Below are positions 11,219 to 19,550 of a stretch of DNA of 32,000 nucleotides, piece after piece. The position numbers and the translations under genes were made by a program. The notes under the pieces are model-generated. The model worked only from the letters and a program-made list of their open reading frames with translations, had not been told where the DNA came from and did no database searches. How positions within the stretch are numbered: the stretch's first letter is position 1; each line of letters begins with the position of its first letter. Origin of the DNA: a secondary endosymbiont of Trabutina mannipara (GTDB lineage: Bacteria; Pseudomonadota; Gammaproteobacteria; Enterobacterales; Enterobacteriaceae). The stretch is taken from contig NZ_LT594522.1 in the NCBI RefSeq assembly GCF_900090215.1, forward strand, positions 210,001 to 242,000, read 5' to 3'.

Positions 11219-11742
11219 TTTAAACTCCCCAACTATATGTAAATATGGTTAATGTTAAAACATAATAATACTATACTTTATCTAAAGATATCGTAGATGT
11301 TATTATTGTTAATTTTTAATCTGTTCAATGTTATTGATAATAGAATTTACTTCCTTAATATGTTTAGCATACTAAGTTAATTAGCTTTGCACAGCTTTTA
11401 TTTTTTTTCAATTTTATCTAGCGTTAGCATTAACGATGGCTGTTTAATACCAATAGCTTTTGCTAATTTAATTTGATTATTTATGATATAAATTACAAAT
11501 TTTATGTAAATTAATATAATTTTGGGGCGTAATTTTAAAATTATTTAAAATATGGTCAATTAAAGTGCGCCATACGCGAACAAGTAGCGCTTGATACTGG
11601 TAATTACACTTTAAAAGTAATAATAGCATTCTAAAATACAAAATTTACCATACATTCTCCTACAATAGGTACTTATTGTTACAAAATAATAATTTTAAAA
11701 AAATACATTCTATATTAGAAATTTAAGCAAATACGAATCATA

Positions 11743-12393
11743 ATGGATAAACTAGTTAACTTAGAAAATATAAATACTCTTAGTATTCGCTTTAGAGGTT
11801 TTTATCCGGTTGTTATTGATGTAGAAACCGCTGGTTTTAATGCTGGAACTGATGCTCTATTAGAAATAGCTGCTGTAACATTAAAAATGGATAAAAAAGG
11901 ATGGTTACATGCTGACAATACTCTTCATTTTCATATTACTCCTTTTCATGGAGCGCAGCTACAACCTGAAGCTTTGGCATTTAATGGAATAGATCCGCTA
12001 AATCCTTTACGTGGTGCTGTTACTGAGCACGAGGCTTTACATAAGATATTTAAAATGGTACGTAAAGGTATTAAAGAGCACGATTGCAATCGTGCTATTA
12101 TTGTTGCTCATAATGCAGCTTTTGATCATGATTTTTTAATGGTAGCTGCAAGTCGTGCCGATTTAAAAAACAACCCATTTCATCCTTTTGTTACTTTCGA
12201 TACAGCAGCATTAAGTGGACTAGTACTTGGCCAGACTGTACTAGCAAAAGCTTGTAACGCTGCTGGTATAGAATTTGACAATAACGAAGCGCATTCAGCA
12301 TTATATGATACTGAACGTACAGCAGCTCTATTTTGTGAATTAGTTAATCGATGGAAACGTTTAGGTGGCTGGCCGGTAGTAGATTTACCTTAA
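11743..12393 (+). CDS. rnt: Ribonuclease T (DEDDh exonuclease)
   Basis: 216-aa [48 protein letters not shown] and [27 protein letters not shown] match E. coli RNase T nearly end to end. Confidence 0.96.
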   Translation: MDKLVNLENINTLSIRFRGFYPVVIDVETAGFNAGTDALLEIAAVTLKMDKKGWLHADNTLHFHITPFHGAQLQPEALAFNGIDPLNPLRGAVTEHEALHKIFKMVRKGIKEHDCNRAIIVAHNAAFDHDFLMVAASRADLKNNPFHPFVTFDTAALSGLVLGQTVLAKACNAAGIEFDNNEAHSALYDTERTAALFCELVNRWKRLGGWPVVDLP

Positions 12394-12397
12394 AATA

Positions 12398-12745
12398 TTA
12401 AATCCCACTTAATTTGGCTCCAAATATGGCAACGCAGAGATTACTCATTACAATATCTGATATATTTTGTAAATCATAAAAATTCAATTTTTTTAAATTT
12501 ACTTTAAATTTACGATCATGCCACTCTTTTGGAGTATATACTTTAATTGATAAAGCGTGAATACTGTTATCTAAAATAGATTCCATAAGGGGGGTATAAA
12601 TAGTCTGCTGTTTTTTAACTTTGCTCATACCAGCGAACAACTCACTAACTGCAATAATATAAAAATATCTGCCGGTTACATTTACATAAACTTCATACCA
12701 CGAAAAATTTTTCATCAATAGCTTTTTTATTTCACTTATTTCCAT
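12398..12745 (-). CDS. ibaG: BolA-family protein IbaG (YrbA) with a roughly 30-residue C-terminal extension
   Basis: [75 protein letters not shown] aligns with E. coli IbaG ...[51 protein letters not shown]. The E. coli protein ends about 9 residues later, whereas this ORF runs on to 4 nt from the rnt stop. Confidence 0.85.
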   Translation of the reverse strand: MEISEIKKLLMKNFSWYEVYVNVTGRYFYIIAVSELFAGMSKVKKQQTIYTPLMESILDNSIHALSIKVYTPKEWHDRKFKVNLKKLNFYDLQNISDIVMSNLCVAIFGAKLSGI

Positions 12746-12845
12746 CTTTAAATTACATTTAAATTTTTTCTTCTAAAAAACTGATTACAACGCTAATACA
12801 GCAAGCACTTGCTAAGAATTTTTTTCTTTATTACAATTAAAAATT

Positions 12846-12870
12846 ACAGAGGTCTAAAATAGACCTCTGT
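12846..12870 (-). terminator. Perfect 11-bp-stem hairpin, terminator-like on the minus strand, in the ibaG/ribE divergent spacer
   Basis: ACAGAGGTCTA-AAA-TAGACCTCTGT is a perfect inverted repeat. On the minus strand it is followed by AATTTTTAATTG. On the plus strand the tail GCTTATTAAATG is less U-rich. Confidence 0.4.
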
Positions 12871-12989
12871 GCTTATTAAATGAAATTTTCAAGATGGTTC
12901 AATATTGTTTAAATACTAACCTAGTTAGATAGCATGCTGCAAAATAAATAAAATTAACTGCGCCTAATTTTTTTATATAAGGAAAACTT

Positions 12990-13604
12990 ATGTTTACGGG
13001 AATAATTCAAGCTACTGCGCCCATTATAGCGATTAAAGAAAAAAAATTTTTTCGTACTCATTATGTACGATTACCGGTAGCGTTATTACCCAACTTGAAT
13101 ATTGGCGCCTCAGTAGCACATAATGGTTGTTGTTTGACAGTTACTGGAATTAATGGTAATTTAGTAAGTTTTGATATAATGAAAGAAACGCTCAGAATAA
13201 CTAATTTAGGCAACCTTAAGGTAGGTGATGAGATTAATATAGAGAGAGCGGCAAAGATTAATTCAGAAATTAGCGGTCATCTAATATCAGGACATATTAT
13301 TTGTATCGCTGAATTAATTAAAATTATTATATCAGAAAATAACCTAAACATTTGGTTTTCATTACACGATAATACACTAATAAAATATGTTATGCATAAA
13401 GGATATATTGCCGTAGACGGCATTAGCTTAACACTGGGAAAAGTAGTTAATAATTGCTTTTGTGTGCATCTAATACCTGAAACATTGCTACGTACTACAT
13501 TAGGTAAAAAACTACTAGGTGACAGTGTCAATATCGAAATTGATTCACATACACAGTTAATTGTTAATACTGTAGAACAGTTATTAGCAAAAAAAATTTA
13601 TTAA
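12990..13604 (+). CDS. ribE: Riboflavin synthase (alpha chain)
   Basis: 204-aa [21 protein letters not shown]...[14 protein letters not shown]...[20 protein letters not shown]...GHL(I)SGHI...VDGISLT...HLIPETL...TTLG is the duplicated lumazine-binding repeat architecture of E. coli RibC/RibE. Confidence 0.95.
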   Translation: MFTGIIQATAPIIAIKEKKFFRTHYVRLPVALLPNLNIGASVAHNGCCLTVTGINGNLVSFDIMKETLRITNLGNLKVGDEINIERAAKINSEISGHLISGHIICIAELIKIIISENNLNIWFSLHDNTLIKYVMHKGYIAVDGISLTLGKVVNNCFCVHLIPETLLRTTLGKKLLGDSVNIEIDSHTQLIVNTVEQLLAKKIY

Positions 13605-13631
13605 AAAGATAAAAAATACTAAAAAGCAAAA

Positions 13632-13814
13632 ATGTATGTTGATGTACTAATTAATCCAGATATTCGTGTTGAATTACCTAAATTAGCTAACTGGCCTACA
13701 TTTCCACAACTGTGGCTAAATGGTAATTTTATCGGATGATGTGATATAATTCAAGAGATGTACCAAAGTGGTTAATTAAAAAAACTTATTAAAAACTTAA
13801 AAAACAAACGGTAA
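13632..13814 (+). pseudogene. grxD: Monothiol glutaredoxin Grx4 (grxD) remnant: 5' half deleted and two in-frame stops
   Basis: The single-frame translation is MYVDVLINPDIRVELPKLANWPTFPQLWLNGNFIG*CDIIQEMYQSG*LKKLIKNLKNKR*. It aligns with E. coli Grx4 residues ...FAYVDILQNPDIRAELPKYANWPTFPQLWVDGELVGGCDIVIEMYQRGELQQLIKE. TGA at 13737-13739 replaces Gly and TAA at 13773-13775 replaces Glu. Only 27 nt separate it from the ribE stop, so the N-terminal part with the CGFS active site is gone. Confidence 0.9.
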
Positions 13815-13840
13815 CACAAAAACTAATATTTTAAAATATA

Positions 13841-13868
13841 TTGACTATTTTTTGTAAAAAAGTATTAT
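13841..13868 (+). promoter_or_regulatory. Candidate sigma70 promoter for tRNA-Pro
   Basis: TTGACT (13841-13846), a 16-nt spacer, then TATTAT (13863-13868). The tRNA 5' end is 17 nt downstream of the -10 element. Confidence 0.45.
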
Positions 13869-13884
13869 AAATTACCGCATATTA

Positions 13885-13958
13885 CGGTGAGTGGCGCAGT
13901 CTGGAAGCGCAATACGTTCGGGACGTATGGGTCAGAGGTTCAAATCCTCTCTCACCGA
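13885..13958 (+). tRNA. proK: tRNA-Pro, anticodon CGG (3' CCA not encoded)
   Basis: CGGTGAGTGGCGCAGTCTGGAAGCGCAATACGTTCGGGACGTATGGGTCAGAGGTTCAAATCCTCTCTCACCGA. The anticodon loop TTCGGGA sits between the ATACG/CGTAT stem. It resembles E. coli proK. The discriminator A is followed by GAA. Confidence 0.93.
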
Positions 13959-13974
13959 GAAAATTTTGTTAAAC

Positions 13975-14047
13975 TTTTTGCTAAAGTAGGTAAATCTTTT
14001 AAAAGGATCATCTTAAATCTTTTAAAAGGATCATCTTTTTGCTAAAG
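13975..14047. repeat. Perfect 23-bp tandem duplication (AAATCTTTTAAAAGGATCATCTT x2) bracketed by a 12-bp direct repeat (TTTTTGCTAAAG)
   Basis: The tandem copies are at 13992-14014 and 14015-14037. TTTTTGCTAAAG occurs at 13975-13986 and 14036-14047. The block lies just downstream of tRNA-Pro and upstream of greA. Confidence 0.9.
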
Positions 14048-14151
14048 ATATGAGATATTTACAATCTAATATTTAGATTAGACATATTTTATCCGCCTGT
14101 TAAAATTTATACTAATACGCATTTTTTGCATCTTTTAGAAGGTGTGTAATT

Positions 14152-14628
14152 ATGAATAAGATTCCGATGACCATTCGCGGTGCTGAAAAACTCCGTAAGG
14201 AACTAGAATATCTCAAAAATGTTTGCAGACCTAAAATTACCAGATCTATTGCTGATGCTCGTGAATATGGTGATTTAAAAGAAAATGCTGAGTATCATGC
14301 TGCTAGAGAACAACAAGTATTTTGTGAAGGCAGAATAGAAAAAATAGAAGCTAAATTATTTAATGCGCAGGTTATAGATGTAACTAAGCTAACCCCTAAC
14401 GGCAGAGTTATTTTTGGTGCTACAGTTAGTGTAGAGAATATTAATAATAAAGAAAAGCAAAAATACTGCATTGTTGGCGATGATGAAGCTGATTTTAAAA
14501 AAAATTTAATTTCTATTAATTCTCCTATAGCTCGCGGACTTATTGGCAAAATAGAAGGAGATATTGTAGTTATTAAAACTCCTAACGGTATAGTAGAATA
14601 CAAAATTATTCGTGTTGATTATTTGTAA
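14152..14628 (+). CDS. greA: Transcription elongation factor GreA
   Basis: 158-aa [25 protein letters not shown]...[16 protein letters not shown]...[27 protein letters not shown] is collinear with E. coli GreA, which is the same length. Confidence 0.97.
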   Translation: MNKIPMTIRGAEKLRKELEYLKNVCRPKITRSIADAREYGDLKENAEYHAAREQQVFCEGRIEKIEAKLFNAQVIDVTKLTPNGRVIFGATVSVENINNKEKQKYCIVGDDEADFKKNLISINSPIARGLIGKIEGDIVVIKTPNGIVEYKIIRVDYL

Positions 14629-14712
14629 ATACATGATTTTTATCAATCCATAACATGGAAATAAAATATGATATTGATAAATGTTTAATCCATAACTTAT
14701 TTAGAAAATAAA

Positions 14713-15342
14713 ATGACTACTAAAAAGCGTTCTGCAAGTTCTATTTTTTGGCTAAAAGAACATTTTAATGATAAATATGTTCAGCATGCACAAAAAAAAC
14801 AACTGCGTTCTCGTGCTTGGTTTAAACTTCATCAAATACAACAAAGCGACAATATATTTTATCCAGGAATAACTGTAGTAGATTTAGGATCTTCACCTGG
14901 AGGTTGGTCTAAATATGTTGTTATGCAGATAGGCAACAAAGGTCGTGTTATTGCATGTGATATACTTCCAATGGAGTCAATAGTAGGCGTAGAGTTTATA
15001 CAAGGTGATTTTCGTAACCCATTAGTGTTAAATTCTTTGATTGAAGTTATAGGTAAAAAAAAAGTACAGGTAGTGCTATCAGATATGGCTCCTAATATAA
15101 GCGGTACTCCGGAAGTTGATATTCCTAAAACTATGTATCTAGTTGAATTAGCACTGGATATGTGTCTAGATGTTCTTGCACCAGGTGGTAGTTTTTTAGT
15201 TAAAATTTTTCAGGGAGAAAATTTTGATAAGTACCTGCATACAATAAGTTCTCTTTTTAAGAAGGTAAAAATACGAAAACCTGAAGCTTCTCGTGCTAGT
15301 TCAAGAGAAGTGTATATTGTAGCTAAAGAACGTAAATTATAG
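14713..15342 (+). CDS. rlmE: 23S rRNA (uridine2552-2'-O)-methyltransferase RlmE (FtsJ)
   Basis: 209-aa [42 protein letters not shown] and the SAM-binding motif [12 protein letters not shown] match, and the ORF ends [12 protein letters not shown]. It lies directly upstream of ftsH as in E. coli. Confidence 0.97.
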   Translation: MTTKKRSASSIFWLKEHFNDKYVQHAQKKQLRSRAWFKLHQIQQSDNIFYPGITVVDLGSSPGGWSKYVVMQIGNKGRVIACDILPMESIVGVEFIQGDFRNPLVLNSLIEVIGKKKVQVVLSDMAPNISGTPEVDIPKTMYLVELALDMCLDVLAPGGSFLVKIFQGENFDKYLHTISSLFKKVKIRKPEASRASSREVYIVAKERKL

Positions 15343-15401
15343 TATCCTAAGTATCCTAAATTTAATTGTTAACACTGTATGAGGTTAATTCCTTGAGTGA
15401 T

Positions 15402-17267
15402 ATGGCGAAAAACCTAATTATTTGGTTAGTTATTGCAGTTTTATTAATGTCTGTATTCCAGAGTTTTGGTACCAGTGATTATAATAAACGTAAAGTAGAT
15501 TACTCTACTTTTATGTCAGAATTAAATAAAGATCAAGTTAGAGAAGCACGTATTAATGGTCGTGAAATTACAGTTACTAAAAAAAATAGTAATCGCTATA
15601 CTACCTATATTCCCATCAATGATCCTAAGCTACTTGATATTCTTTTGACAAAAAGCGTGAAAGTTATAGGTGAGCCTCCAGAAGAACCTAATATTATAGC
15701 TTCAGTATTTATATCTTGGTTTCCGATGTTATTACTCATTGGTGTCTGGGTATTCTTTATGCGGCAAATGCAAAGCGGCGGTAAAGGTGCTATTTCTTTT
15801 GGTAAAAGTAAGGCTAGAATCCTGACGGAAGATCAAATTAAAACAACATTTGCTGATGTTGCTGGTTGTGATGAAGCTAAAGAAGAAGTTAGTGAACTAG
15901 TAGATTACTTGCGGGAACCAAGTCGTTTTCAAAAACTTGGGGGTAAAATTCCCAAAGGAGTGTTAATGGTGGGTCCTCCTGGTACTGGAAAAACACTTTT
16001 AGCAAAAGCTATTGCAGGTGAAGCTAAAGTTCCTTTTTTTAACATTTCTGGTTCTGATTTTGTAGAAATGTTTGTTGGTGTCGGTGCTTCTCGCGTTCGC
16101 GATATGTTTGAACAAGCTAAAAAAGCAGCACCATGTATTATCTTTATTGATGAAATTGATGCTGTAGGACGTCATCGTGGTGCAGGACTTGGTGGGGGTC
16201 ACGATGAACGAGAACAAACTCTAAACCAAATGCTTGTTGAAATGGACGGATTTGAAGGAAATGAAGGAATTATCGTTATTGCTGCAACTAATCGACCAGA
16301 TGTCTTAGATCCTGCTTTACTTCGTCCTGGTCGTTTTGACCGTCATGTGGTAGTTGGACTACCAGATATTAGAGGACGAGAACAAATTTTGAGAGTACAC
16401 ATACGCCATGTGCCGCTTGCACCTGATATAGATGTCTTAGTTGTTGCTCGTGGTACACCTGGATTTTCAGGTGCTGATTTAGCTAATCTAGTAAATGAAG
16501 CAGCTCTATTTGCAGCACGTAGCAGTAAACGCATGGTATCAATGATAGAATTTGAAAAAGCAAAGGATAAAATTATGATGGGCGCAGAGCGTCGTTCTCT
16601 GGTAATGACTGAAGCACAAAAAGAATCTACAGCTTATCACGAAGCTGGACACGCTATCATTGGTCGTTTGGTACCAGAACATGATCCAGTTCATAAAGTA
16701 ACAATTATTCCTCGCGGGAGAGCCCTGGGTATTACCTTTTTTTTACCAGAAAAGGATACTATAAGTGCTAGCCGCCAGAAGTTAGAAAGCCAAATATCTA
16801 CCCTATATGGTGGTAGGTTAGCCGAAGAAATTATTTATGGTTCAGAAAATATTTCTACTGGTGCTTCTAACGATATCAAAGTTGCAACATCTATTGCAAG
16901 AAATATGGTAACCCAATGGGGTTTCTCTGAAAAACTTGGTCCTCTTTTATATGCAGAGGAAGAATGCGAAGTATTTTTAGGTCGTTCTGTAGCTAAGTCC
17001 CAACATATATCAGATGAAACTACACGCATCATCGATCAAGAAGTTAAATCATTAATTGAACGAAATTATATACGTGCACGTACACTATTGATGGATAATA
17101 TAGATATATTGCATGCAATGAAGGATGCATTAATGAAATATGAAACTATTAACGCGCCGCAGATCGATGAATTAATGAGCCGTAAAGCAGTTTGTCCACC
17201 ACCAGGATGGGATAATATTGTTTCCAGTACTAACTGTAAATTTTTATTTTATACTGATAGTTACTGA
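15402..17267 (+). CDS. ftsH: ATP-dependent zinc metalloprotease FtsH
   Basis: The ORF track opens at TTG 15366, but homology begins at ATG 15402: [22 protein letters not shown] compared with E. coli [22 protein letters not shown]. Walker A GPPGTGKT, Walker B IIFIDEID, the second region of homology and the zinc motif HEAGH are all present. The C-terminal tail is shorter and unrelated to that of E. coli. Confidence 0.96.
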   Translation: MAKNLIIWLVIAVLLMSVFQSFGTSDYNKRKVDYSTFMSELNKDQVREARINGREITVTKKNSNRYTTYIPINDPKLLDILLTKSVKVIGEPPEEPNIIASVFISWFPMLLLIGVWVFFMRQMQSGGKGAISFGKSKARILTEDQIKTTFADVAGCDEAKEEVSELVDYLREPSRFQKLGGKIPKGVLMVGPPGTGKTLLAKAIAGEAKVPFFNISGSDFVEMFVGVGASRVRDMFEQAKKAAPCIIFIDEIDAVGRHRGAGLGGGHDEREQTLNQMLVEMDGFEGNEGIIVIAATNRPDVLDPALLRPGRFDRHVVVGLPDIRGREQILRVHIRHVPLAPDIDVLVVARGTPGFSGADLANLVNEAALFAARSSKRMVSMIEFEKAKDKIMMGAERRSLVMTEAQKESTAYHEAGHAIIGRLVPEHDPVHKVTIIPRGRALGITFFLPEKDTISASRQKLESQISTLYGGRLAEEIIYGSENISTGASNDIKVATSIARNMVTQWGFSEKLGPLLYAEEECEVFLGRSVAKSQHISDETTRIIDQEVKSLIERNYIRARTLLMDNIDILHAMKDALMKYETINAPQIDELMSRKAVCPPPGWDNIVSSTNCKFLFYTDSY

Positions 17268-17290
17268 ACAATTTTTTTAAAAAAATTTGT
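17268..17290. other. A/T-only near-palindrome immediately after the ftsH stop (possible weak terminator)
   Basis: ACAATTTTTTTAAAAAAATTTGT is T7 abutting A7, flanked by ACAA/TTGT. It has no GC stem, so any terminator function is doubtful. Confidence 0.25.
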
Positions 17291-17464
17291 GGTAAATAGT
17301 AAGTATTCTACATTGTTAGATTGCAAGTTTTATCGTTAAAATAACTGTTTTTTTACCGCAGCAAATAAAATATACTTGCAACTAAAGTAGGCTTTTGTTA
17401 AAAATTTTTTTAAATTGTGCTTTAGATAGATATAACTTTAGTAATTAACTTGAGGATACAAAAT

Positions 17465-17746
17465 ATGTATCGATTTCTATTAATTATTTTTATAGTAATA
17501 TCTATCGTACTTATTACGCTGATTATGCTGCAAAAAATTAAAGGTGCTAATAATGTAAGTACTTCGTCAAGTATAGGATCATCTAGTACCATACTAGGTT
17601 TTAAAAAATCTAGTAATTTTGTAACTCGTATTACATTTATGCTAGCAGCGCTATTTTTCATTATTAGCTTAATACTAGGAAAGCTAAATAATAAATATAT
17701 TTTAAAAAAAAATGGAAATAAAAGATCTAAAAAAGTTACCAACTAA
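17465..17746 (+). CDS. secG: Protein-export membrane protein SecG
   Basis: Homology starts at ATG 17465: MYRFLLIIFIVISIVLITLIMLQKIKGA compared with E. coli MYEALLVVFLIVAIGLVGLIMLQQGKGA, and ...FVTRITFMLAALFFIISLILG compared with FMTRMTALLATLFFIISLVLG. GAGGA at 17452-17456 lies 8 nt upstream. The TTG at 17450 used by the ORF track is probably not the start. Confidence 0.9.
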   Translation: MYRFLLIIFIVISIVLITLIMLQKIKGANNVSTSSSIGSSSTILGFKKSSNFVTRITFMLAALFFIISLILGKLNNKYILKKNGNKRSKKVTN

Positions 17747-17804
17747 AACAATGCAAAAATGATTCATTAGAATCTTCTAAAAATAAATATTTAAATGCTA
17801 CGTG

Positions 17805-17893
17805 GCCGAGGTGGTGAAATTGGTAAACACGCTACCTTGAGGTGGTAGTGCCTAAAAACTGGCTTACGGGTTCAAATCCCGTCCTCGGTACCA
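17805..17893 (+). tRNA. leuU: tRNA-Leu, anticodon GAG (CCA encoded)
   Basis: GCCGAGGTGGTGAAATTGGTAAACACGCTACCTTGAGGTGGTAGTGCCTAAAAACTGGCTTACGGGTTCAAATCCCGTCCTCGGTACCA. The anticodon loop TTGAGGT sits between the CTACC/GGTAG stem. It follows secG as E. coli leuU does. Confidence 0.95.
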
Positions 17894-17940
17894 AATTTAA
17901 ATATGCTTGCTATTTATTTTAGATGTTTTTATTACTTAAT

Positions 17941-18036
17941 ATGGTAAAAATGGAGATGGAAAACTATGAATTATTCGATTTAAATAATAATATCCAGAAA
18001 ACAAATCTAGTACCTAGAGTTTTAACGTTTTACTAA
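17941..18036 (+). pseudogene. rimP: Remnant of ribosome maturation factor RimP (last ~30 codons only)
   Basis: The short frame [31 protein letters not shown] ends 10 nt before the nusA ATG. ELFDLNNNIQKTNLVP aligns with the E. coli RimP C-terminus EVFALSNIQKANLVPHF*. There is no room or sequence for the other ~120 codons between tRNA-Leu and this point. Confidence 0.7.
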
Positions 18037-18046
18037 GGCAACTAAG

Positions 18047-19528
18047 ATGAATAAAGAAATTCTGGCTGTTGTTGAGGCAGTGTCTAATGAAAAATCAATC
18101 CCCAAAGATAAACTTTTCGAAGCGCTAGAGACAGCATTAGTTACAGCAACTAAGAAAAAATACGAAAATGAAATTGATGTTCGCGTTAGCATAAATCACA
18201 AATCAGGTGATTTTAATACATTTCGTCGTTGGATTATTGTTGATAAGGTTACTCAACCTACTCTTGAAATTACACTTGAAGCGGCAAAAATGGAGGATCC
18301 ACTAGCCAAAATAGGAGGCTATATAGAATATCAAATAGAATCAATTACATTTGATCGTATTACTACTCAAACTGCAAAACAAGTAATAATTCAGAAAATG
18401 CGTGAAGCAGAACGTGCAATTGTTATTAATCAATTTTGCAATTACGAGGGTAAACTTATAACAAGTTTGGTTAAAAAAGTTAATAGAGATAACATTATTC
18501 TAGATTTAGGAAGCAATGTTGAAGCATTAATTGGTCGTGAGGATATGCTTCCACATGAAAATTTCCGTCCTGGAGACCGTATACGCGGCATATTATATTC
18601 GATACGCCCAGAATTAAGAGGTGCACAACTTTTTGTAAGTAGATCACGTCCGGAGATGTTAGTAGAATTATTACGCATTGAGGTACCGGAAATAAGTGAT
18701 GAAATAATTGAAATTAAAGCTGCTGCTAGAGATCCTGGTTCACGGGCAAAAATAGCAGTAAAAACAAACGATAAACGTATTGATCCGATCGGAGCTTGCG
18801 TAGGAATGCGTGGAGCACGAGTTCAAGCAGTTTCCAAAGAACTAAATGGAGAACGTATCGATATTGTACTATGGGATAATAATCCTGCTAAATTCGTTAT
18901 TAATGCTATGGCTCCTGCTGATGTCGTTTCTATAGTAGTAGATGAAGATAAACACACAATGGATATCGCGGTAGAAGCAGATAATCTTGCTCAAGCTATT
19001 GGACGTAACGGACAAAACGTTAGATTAGCCTCCCAACTTAGCGGTTGGGAGCTAAATGTAATAACAGTAGAAGATATGAAGTTAAAACATCAAGCTGAAA
19101 ACAATGAAGCTATCGATATCTTAACAAGTAATCTACATATTAATAAAAATTTGGCTACTGTACTAGTAGCAGCAGGTTTCTCTTCCATTGAAGAACTAGC
19201 CTATGTACCTTTAAATGAATTGTTAGAAATTAAATTGCTAAATGAAGAAACAATAAAAATGTTACGTGAAAAAGCAAAAAATGCACTTACTAAGCTTGCT
19301 TTAGCTAAGCAAAAAAACAGAATACCTGCTAAAGACCTGCTAGAGTTACAAGAACTTGATCGATGCATAGCATTTAACTTGGCAAAGTATGGTGTTTGTA
19401 ATTTACAAGATCTTGCTGAACAAAGTGTCGAAGATATATCAGATATTGACGGTTTGAGTAGTGAAAAAGCAGGAGAGATAATTATGGCAGCGCGTAATAT
19501 TTGCTGGTTTAGAGATAACGATAAATAA
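18047..19528 (+). CDS. nusA: Transcription termination/antitermination factor NusA
   Basis: 493-aa [34 protein letters not shown] compares with E. coli [31 protein letters not shown]. The S1 and KH regions ([38 protein letters not shown]) and the two C-terminal acidic repeats are present. Confidence 0.98.
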   Translation: MNKEILAVVEAVSNEKSIPKDKLFEALETALVTATKKKYENEIDVRVSINHKSGDFNTFRRWIIVDKVTQPTLEITLEAAKMEDPLAKIGGYIEYQIESITFDRITTQTAKQVIIQKMREAERAIVINQFCNYEGKLITSLVKKVNRDNIILDLGSNVEALIGREDMLPHENFRPGDRIRGILYSIRPELRGAQLFVSRSRPEMLVELLRIEVPEISDEIIEIKAAARDPGSRAKIAVKTNDKRIDPIGACVGMRGARVQAVSKELNGERIDIVLWDNNPAKFVINAMAPADVVSIVVDEDKHTMDIAVEADNLAQAIGRNGQNVRLASQLSGWELNVITVEDMKLKHQAENNEAIDILTSNLHINKNLATVLVAAGFSSIEELAYVPLNELLEIKLLNEETIKMLREKAKNALTKLALAKQKNRIPAKDLLELQELDRCIAFNLAKYGVCNLQDLAEQSVEDISDIDGLSSEKAGEIIMAARNICWFRDNDK

Positions 19529-19550
19529 ATTATAGCAGGAAATTAACAGC

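Noticed and set aside
11380-11480. Minus-strand frame reading ...NQIKLAKAIGIKQPSLMLTLDKIEKK, reminiscent of an HTH (Cro/CI-type) motif
   Set aside because: It has no start codon or extended ORF. The flanking translation is AT-driven low complexity (I/K/L/Y runs). The similarity is too short to distinguish from chance.
12812-12823. 12-mer CTTGCTAAGAAT shared between the ibaG-ribE spacer and the truB-rpsO spacer (about 23428)
   Set aside because: A single shared 12-mer in 32 kb of AT-biased sequence, counting both strands, is expected by chance.
14620-14712. Sigma32 heat-shock promoter for rlmE-ftsH, suggested by a duplicated AATCCATAAC motif (14645-14654 and 14687-14696) and a 9-bp inverted repeat TTTATCAAT/ATTGATAAA (14639-14647 and 14673-14681)
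   Set aside because: CCATAA only partly resembles the CCCCATNT -10 element. No CTTGAAA lies at correct spacing. The repeats are AT-rich and could be chance or a weak greA terminator.
15366-15401. Upstream alternative starts used by the ORF track (ftsH TTG 15366, secG TTG 17450, rpsT ATG 2300)
   Set aside because: Homology to the E. coli proteins begins at the internal starts (15402, 17465, 2267), and these have better Shine-Dalgarno spacing. The extensions add unrelated residues.
17422-17742. 106-aa minus-strand ORF opposite secG
   Set aside because: SecG homology is on the plus strand. The antisense product is low-complexity with no recognisable motifs.
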